A stretch of 54,674 nucleotides of DNA, counting the filler, from Sphacelaria rigidula (Eukaryota): the NCBI GenBank assembly GCA_964200075.2. It is 4 parts of 4 records of this genome, joined end to end, with 100 filler letters (N's around TTAATTAATTAA, not from the genome) between each part and the next. Parts side by side here need not be neighbours in the genome. Positions count along the whole stretch, not along the records: positions 41,083 to 54,674 come from CAXNAA020002783.1; 3 more parts are not named here. One strand, given 5' to 3'. The translations under genes and the position numbers were made by a program. The notes under the pieces are model-generated. The model did no database searches and was not told the DNA's origin. It was given only the letters and a program-made list of their open reading frames with translations. This document shows positions 47,701-54,674 of this stretch, in pieces; position 1 is the stretch's first letter, and each line of letters starts with the position of its first letter.

Positions 47701-50700
47701 TCAAGGTTCGGTAGATTGCTACCTGCAGACACTAACATCTCGACAGAACTATTGCTGCGCTTCGGTTCGTGCTTGGGCTTGGTGTTGTCATCTTCGCCAG
47801 AGCCCTCAACATCCCAAATGACGCTCGACCCCGATCTGACCCTCGCTCCTCCTGACGCCGCAGGACCCTTGGACGCATTGGAAATGATGGCAGACTCCGC
47901 TGTTTGTTCCTCAGTAACGCTGCCTAGATGGCTGGGACTAGATTTCCGCGGCGTTGGCTGTTTTTCATATAAAAGCACGCAAGTGGATAATGACAAACAT
48001 TAGGTGGGTACATAACACGTCATTAAGTGCGGCACGCCCATGCGCGTCAACTTGTATGAATCAGCGTTTGAATATTCCCCTCTGAGTATGGCATACCTGT
48101 ACTCCTCGGCGAGTGGTAGGTGCGGTTCCAATGACAGCCAAGCTACGGGGAGACCAAACGGTATTGAGATCCTGTTGGTCGTGGCCATCAGTAGATGAGA
48201 TAGCTCCTGGGTGCACACGGGCCGCCTTTGGAGGAGTCAACGCTGTCCCGGTGGGGACTGGCAGGCAAAAGGTCACGCGTATTCAACAAAGAGGATGTGC
48301 TTTAGTGGTGTCGCTGAAGTGCTAGCATTAGCGTGGCATACGAACTTCAGGATATACCGTGAAGACATGACACATGACCCGGCCCATCGCAAGATAGGTG
48401 ACAGAACAGACTCATGCCGGATGTGGCGCACGTCGCGATCGGCAAACGTTCGAGAAGGTTCATCGGGATGATCAGGACATACTTGCCGCGCAGAAAGTTG
48501 AAGGGGAGACACATCTACTCGATTCGCCAACGAGGTGCAACTTCAGGATGTTACTTGGGTATACCTCTGCATTTGCTTCATATCATGTCAACTTGAGGCA
48601 AGTATCATGGCCATTAATCCAAAATCGTCTTTGCGGCACATCTGTGTTTGTGTTCCACGCCCTTACCGCTTGAACTCTCGCTGCGGGAGCGGGATCTCCG
48701 TCGCGTGATGAACTGTGTTATTGGTCTCAAAGCCTTCCTCGCTGACGCCAGGTCACGCCCAAATCCTGCAGATTCTTTCTTTGCTGGAGACGTCAACAGA
48801 AAGAAGGGTGAACGAATATTTGCAGTCAGTTTGGTACATGCCCTGACAAGAACGGATCAACCCCGTATCGTAAGCTAGTTTTGCAGCTTGACGTCCTTTG
48901 CTTCGCCCGTGTCCCCATTTATATATTGGTAGTTTCGTCACATTTCACACTGGCGATAATTGAACGTGATATCATTAAACACCAAAAAAACGTTTCATGG
49001 CTCCTACTTGCGTGTTTTGCATCGATAGGTGCGGGCTACACTCAGCCGTTGACCTTACAAACGTTTGAGGTGCCTAGTGGAGTCATGTTACGATAGAGGA
49101 GGGGGGCGTACTCATTTGTTGCTTGCCTCAGTCGTGTGACCATTGACCACGCATCCCTTTCGAGATGGGGGGGGGGGGGGTATTCTCGGTCATTTCTTCC
49201 ACAAAATTCCACTTCAAGTCGCCGTTGAAAGCAGCTTGGTATCGATAAATTACGCTTATTCATACTGATTGACAACCTCTTTTACTCAAATACAAGCGCC
49301 CCGCGAGTGTGTTAGATCGTCTGACACACCTATGAGCCCTTTTTTTCTGTGGAATCAAACACCCCCCCTTCCTATCGCGGCATGACTCATTGGTGAAACA
49401 ATAACCAACGCCAATCGCACCAGCGTTGGCGTAGACACATCCCTCACATTTTATTTCCCTGTTTCGATCCTCCGCCCCTTTTGCGTCACGCAGTACATCG
49501 ACTGTTCTCTCCGTCGCCCGCTGTTCTGACGGAGAACTCAGAGCTTCCACGGCGGCAGCTTTCAGGGGCTTGGAAGGCTCCGACTCCTCGTCGTCGACAG
49601 AATTGCGCCCTGTACCCGCTGTGCCGGGTGCTTCATTGACCCTTACTGCTCCAGTGGACTTGGAGAATTTCCATTTGATCCACGCTTCTAACGGAAATCC
49701 CTGCAGACTTGTGGTCGGCTGATCTGTTGCGTCGGAGAGAAAGCGGAGATGGCACTGTCATAGACGCTCGCTCGACGAACCTAACCAGCGCTACAACGGG
49801 GCACGCACACACGACTCGTGTCGCCTCGGACCGTGTACTGTTCGTCGTGTACGCGTACCTTTTAAGTCATTGCCCTGTAATTCCAGGTGGCGGAGACGGG
49901 TAAGGTTGGCGAGCTCGTCCGGGATCGAACCTGTGCAGGGATACAACAGAGTTCGTGCTTGGTTCATATATGAGTGTGCAAGCCCGTGCACGTGAACGTC
50001 TTCATTGGATCGGATACCACCGCACGGCCTACTCAGGAGCTGAATGAACCAGAGACACTCATAAATACCGAACATGGAGAAATGCGTGTCTCGGAGCTAG
50101 AATTCAGAGTTGGGCGAATTGGGATATAGAGCATTAGCTACTTGCAGCATGACGTGAGGTTGTTTTCGAAGCGAATACTACGAAACCATCTACTCCACAC
50201 AACCAAGCCGCACAGGATCTGAACTCGTAAATTGCCCCCGCGGATTCCCGCGCGCACACACATACACAAATGTATCCGTTCCCTGTTGAACATGCGGGCC
50301 ACCGACAAACTTGGACTAGCCCATCTGATCGTCACCTTGGAGTTTGTTGTTGTCGAGACATAGGTACTGGACAGCGGCTAGCCTTCCCACTCCCACGGGA
50401 ATCGCTCCTGAATTTTTCGTTCCGGGTTACAGGTAGCACGACTAGGTCGTGATTATGACGGTAACCGGTGTCATTGATGCTTTATCGAAAGACGCAGGAG
50501 CGTAAAGCACGTTCACGGTCAAGCCATCGTGAAACCTAGTGCAGACGACTGTAGAGGTAAGAAAGCTGTCAAGCACTCAGGGGGGGGATGAAGGCGTTCC
50601 GACTGCTGCCGCTACAGATGTGGGACAAACGTCCAAAACGAAATATGTCCGGGACTGCCTAGCTGCTTTGTTTCAAATATATGCACCATCGGCGAATGCC

Positions 50701-52894
50701 ATATGCTGGTACTCGTTTGCCCCACACTCTAGTCGTGCGTATCGTAAAGATGCTGGCTCGGCCTCGGAGAGAGGATATTTGGATTTTCGAACGAGCGTTA
50801 TTCCTGACGAGTCCCTTTACGTCACCTATTGGTGATGGTTTGAGGGTCCACGTCATTGGTCGCGGGAATGAGCAAATAGTCCCCTAAATACTTTCAATCA
50901 ACAATCAGCACAAATATAAAACGGCCTCCACTGCCGCGACAGAAGGTTGACTCTACATCTCAGGGGTGAAGTTACGGACTACATTCACAGACATGACCAG
51001 AATGGTCGAAAGACAACCATCGTGACATATAGTGAGCACAATCATAGTTACGGGACAAACTATGGCAGGATTCACCTGAAAGCTCGTTCTCGCTGAGGAT
51101 CAGATGTTCCAGTCTCGTAAGGTTTCCCAGCTCAGGGGGAATGAGACCTGAAATAATACAAGGGGTTACCGAATGTGCATAGGGCGCTGCATCACTTTCT
51201 CGCACAAGGAAGAAACGAGCTCGAGGAAAAGTACTCCAAAACACAACTTTCTATCTCGGCGTCTCAGGGGACAAAGATGTGCTTATTGCTGTGGAAACTT
51301 GGGTGTAGGAAACCAGTCCATCTCGATCGTGAGGGTGTTTTTCAGCTTGTATTTCAGAATACACCCACAACTCGGACTGCGCCGACCAAGGACATGAGTT
51401 GCGGAACAGGCTCATCTTTGGCGAGACACTTCGACACAATCAATGAAGACCTAAGTCGTCCGTACCACTCAGCTGGTTACAATTGAGAGCCAAGCACTTG
51501 AGCGAGCCCAGGGTTCCCAAGACAGGAGGAATACATCCTGCGACGATCAAGGGGTCCATGAGGGGCGAGCAGGGCCGACACAAATCGTTTTCCAAGCCCT
51601 CGAAGACGCAGGGCTTAGGATCGATGTCCAAACAACGATACGCAGCGGAACACGAATCCACCTTCATCTAGTCCACACGAGATGACAACGGCCATTTATT
51701 ATTATAGATAAAACTAGACGTATTCGTCGCTGCGGGGGATGATAGAGATTCTTTGAAACCGTTGGCCGTAGTGCTCGAATCTGGCTAGGAAGTCACACAA
51801 TTCATCCACTGGACTCATGAGCTTGGGGGCTGCGCCACGTATTTCATGCGAGATGACAGGTTTGGGTCTTATCACGTAAGATCATCCTGGTAAGGCCCGT
51901 TATTATCGATACTGTTTTCTCGGAGATCTCCGGAAATTTCGGACATGAATGACTGTCGCCAGCTTGTAAGCGCCACGTCGTACACGCCGGTAAGCTCTCC
52001 TAGGTGCTGGGTTGCAATCTTAAACTTTCAGACTTGTCCAGAAATGAAGGTTCAACGGAAAAGCAAGCCGCTTCATTGTTGGAGAAGCCCGAACGCAGAG
52101 TCCGGCATCTCTGAAAAATTCGGAAACCTCCGGAAAAACAACGTCGATAATTACGGGCATGCCCGGATCTCACCTGTGAGCACGTTGCCGCTGAGGAAGA
52201 TGCGCTGTAGCATTCGCAGATCTCCGAGTTGTGAAGGAATATGCCCTGTGAGTGACAACGGTTTCGCTGCTATAACAAGTGCTGTTGTGTAGTATCGATC
52301 TCCCTTTGCGGCACGGCTCGCAAAGCAGTATGGCTTTACGTGAACATGTCAGATGCAGTGATTTCCTCGCCCTGAAGCAGTGTCGCGAACTACCCTCGAT
52401 ACGGATCCACACGCTTCAGAGTACATGGAGATACTCATGACGACAAAGCTTCGCGCATTCAAAATGAATGCATCATTATTTATTCAAATACCGATCCCGA
52501 AGGAAGTCTAACTCTTTGATCACCAGCGCGGGCGATCGGGGTCTCACAGCCGTTTCTAACCAAACGATACCGGATCCACAGATGCCCCCCCCCTTGGGGT
52601 GAAGGGTTAAAAATAACATAAGGATGCTCCCACCGCGTGGCGAGGAAACCACCCTACCAGACAAACAACTTATCATCCACATCATGATTGAAACCTCGAA
52701 GCGTAACATGTATTCACCTCTAAGATTGTTCCATCCGAGATCTAGCTCCACCACACGGTCTTCAGCATTGAGAATAACCCCGTACCATTCCTTCGTAGGC
52801 AAGCTTGTGTTCCAGCCTTGATTGTTTCTCCAAGCAGGCCCCCCAGTTACCCCGAAGAGGACCAGTAGCGTTTTACGATCCAACAAGATAGACC
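44792..52894 (-). CDS. Leucine-rich-repeat protein: N-cap, five 72-nt LRR exons, long low-complexity region, coiled-coil C-terminus; 5' end not found
   Basis: Minus-strand GT-AG exons with compatible phases: 52894-52718 (LDRKTLLVLFGVTGGPAWRNNQGWNT...WYGVILNAEDRVVELDLGWNNLRG); LRR exons 52245-52174, 51537-51466, 51147-51076, 50407-50336 and 49930-49859; then 49723-49448, 48783-48667, 48242-48097, 47957-46386 (524 codons), 46065-45874 and 45052-44792 (stop). The LRR part is secure; the downstream exon chain is a phase-consistent model. Confidence 0.8.
45434..45551. mobile_element. piggyBac-type MITE, intact, TTAA target-site duplication
   Basis: TTAA|CCCTTTTGGAACCC...GGGTTCCAAAAGGG|TTAA. The 118-bp element is almost fully self-complementary. 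Confidence 0.9.
49859..52894 (-). CDS. LRR module: N-cap exon plus five 24-aa plant-specific-type LRR exons
   Basis: GHIPSQLGDLRMLQRIFLSGNVLT, GCIPPVLGTLGSLKCLALNCNQLS, GLIPPELGNLTRLEHLILSENELS, GAIPVGVGRLAAVQYLCLDNNKLQ, GSIPDELANLTRLRHLELQGNDLK. Each exon is exactly 72 nt, cag|...G|gt, phase 1. Confidence 0.93.
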
Positions 52895-53189
52895 CTGGGC
52901 AGGAAACATCCATCCGGATGAGAGTAATGTAGAGTGAAGCGCTCAGAAACGTTCCGCGCATTGAGTGAAATATGATCACTTCGACACGTTGAATCAAGCT
53001 ACACAAGAAGCGATCATAAACGTAGCAACATAGTTGCATTCCTGCGAGAGATTGCTACTGCCGTCGTCATATCCACATGATTCAAGACTTCTTGGAGGTT
53101 CAAAGTTTAAAGTACTCGCGGGCACATGCAGGTGACGCAGCTGCTACATGTGCAGCACCACGACGTGGTGACGGCCGAAGAGCGTATTT

Positions 53190-53533
53190 CGTCCGCCACG
53201 GAGCCGTTTGCACTGTACTTTGGCTTGGACGATGGCGAGGGATTGTGTGAGTGAATTCAGGGTGATGCTGTGCCCATACAAAGTTCACGGCACGAACGCC
53301 TGGAGGAGGTACTGTAAAAACACGGTGGGGAAGTAACTCGATCCCCAGTGGGTGCGGTATTCCTTGGAACTTTTCCCAGCAAGTGCGCTTCTTCTCCGCC
53401 ATGCCAGCCGTTCGCACGGTGCGATGGCTTGGACGATGGTTGGGGACTGTGTGAGTGCATTCTGGGTGTTGCTGTGTCCGTACGAGACTCATGGGACGAA
53501 CAACAGGAGGAGGTACTGTAAAAAAATGGGGGA
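53190..53533. repeat. Diverged direct duplication, period 204 bp
   Basis: TGGCTTGGACGATGG...TGTGTGAGTG...GGAGGAGGTACTGTAAAAA at 53221 and 53425. Confidence 0.85.
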
Positions 53534-53587
53534 TATAACTAAAACCCCTGTATACGAAGGATTCAGCATTAATCTCGACCATAGCCG

Positions 53588-53952
53588 GTCGCCTCGGTGG
53601 CTCAGTTGGTAACCTCGAATCCCTCTGACGGTTGGGTGGTGGCGTCAAATGTCGGAGCGATCTGGGATTTTGTCTCACACAATGCCCAACGGTGGAGAGC
53701 GACTATGTCGCGGGTACACACAATTCGACTTCACGGTCGGCGAGGGAAAAGGACTGCTAGACCCGTCTCGCGATAAAAGAAGGCAAGCACCGCAGAAGGA
53801 AGGTGAAGAACTAAAGCAAACGAAAGATGGAAAACCCCTGTGATGACCTTCCTCCTGTGTGATCCCGGCTGGTGCATCCACATATGCCGAAAGGTGTAGA
53901 CCCACGTCCAGAATAGATGGGATGACAACAAACACAACACACAACACACAAC
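53588..53952 (+). mobile_element. tRNA-derived SINE family A, near full length
   Basis: Head GTCGCCTCGGTGGCTCAGTTGGTAACCTCG and body shared with 13374-13595; ends in a CA-rich (ACAAC) tail. Confidence 0.85.
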
Positions 53953-54674
53953 ACATATCTCGACGAAATTGTATGGGTGTCGTTCATCCCACGCGCGTGA
54001 TACGGCTTGACCATCATCTCCAAGTAGCACAAGCGAAAACAACCACAAAAACTGGTGTCCTGTGCATGATTTTGGCTGGCTGCGTACGTGTGGGTAGTGT
54101 GTGTTGTGAGAACCTAGTCGGGTAGAAGTTGACCGAATTGTACTTATCGCACTGTGCGTTTACACCATTTTGAGCCGAAAACAGTGGATTATCGAAAATG
54201 GGGTTGAAAAACAATAATGAGGTTCTACTCAAAAGCCGTGCTCTCCCTGACCTAAATTCATGACAAATGACTTTCATGTGGACGACCCCATCCCTCCCCA
54301 CCTCCCTGAAAGTATTTGGGGGCATTTCTAGCATTTCGTTCCCCCAAAGGGCATGTGCGAAAGTACGATTTTTGGGCCAAAAAGCGTCCCTTTTTTACCC
54401 CGAAATCGAGGCAATAGTATGCTTCTGCACATACCCTTTGGGGGAACGGAAGGCTGGAAATCCCCCGAAATAGTTCTAGGGAGGTCGGGAGGGATGAGAT
54501 CGTCCGTATGAAAGTCCTTTGTCACGAATTTAGGTAAGGAAAAGCACGGCTTTTTCGTTGAACATCATTTTTTCGAGAATCCACTGTTGAAAACAATGAG
54601 ATATTTTCAGGGGGCAGCGCGGAGGATTTTTTTTCGGACATATAGTACCCTCCCCCCCCCCCCCCCCCCCCCCC

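Noticed and set aside
46323..47996. 557-aa ORF as a stand-alone intronless or viral gene
   Set aside because: It is bounded by a CAG acceptor (47958-47960) and a GTGAG donor (46381-46385) in phase with neighbouring exons, and has no viral motifs.
48355..48485. Possible additional LRR-gene exon (VCPDHPDEPSRTF...)
   Set aside because: The AAG acceptor is weak, I found no convincing phase-compatible donor, and the model is in frame without it.

Overview
Eukaryotic, intron-rich genomic DNA, most likely from a brown alga (Phaeophyceae). This is inferred from long GT-AG introns, 72-nt LRR exons and the repeat families. The window is not one locus. It is four contigs of 13595, 13594, 13593 and 13592 bp, sorted by length and joined by N44-TTAATTAATTAA-N44 linkers. 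Contig 1 has a decayed tyrosine-recombinase (DIRS/Ngaro-like) retroelement, a decayed APE-RT LINE and four exons of SUMO E2 UBC9. Contig 2 has the 3' exons of a CRT-like transporter, with a ~1.6-kb spacerless palindrome in an intron, and the 5' exons of a phosphagen kinase with a mitochondrial-type presequence. Contig 3 has the 5' exons of an APC-family amino-acid permease, with a Stowaway-like foldback in its intron. Contig 4 has a minus-strand LRR gene: an N-cap, five 72-nt phase-1 LRR exons, a long low-complexity region and a coiled-coil C-terminus. SINEs, MITEs, LINE tails and microsatellites fill the rest. No clearly new system is proven. The best leads are the phosphagen kinase, the modular LRR gene, the intronic palindromes and a YR-element repeat that abuts C/G homopolymers. 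Splice models were read by eye.
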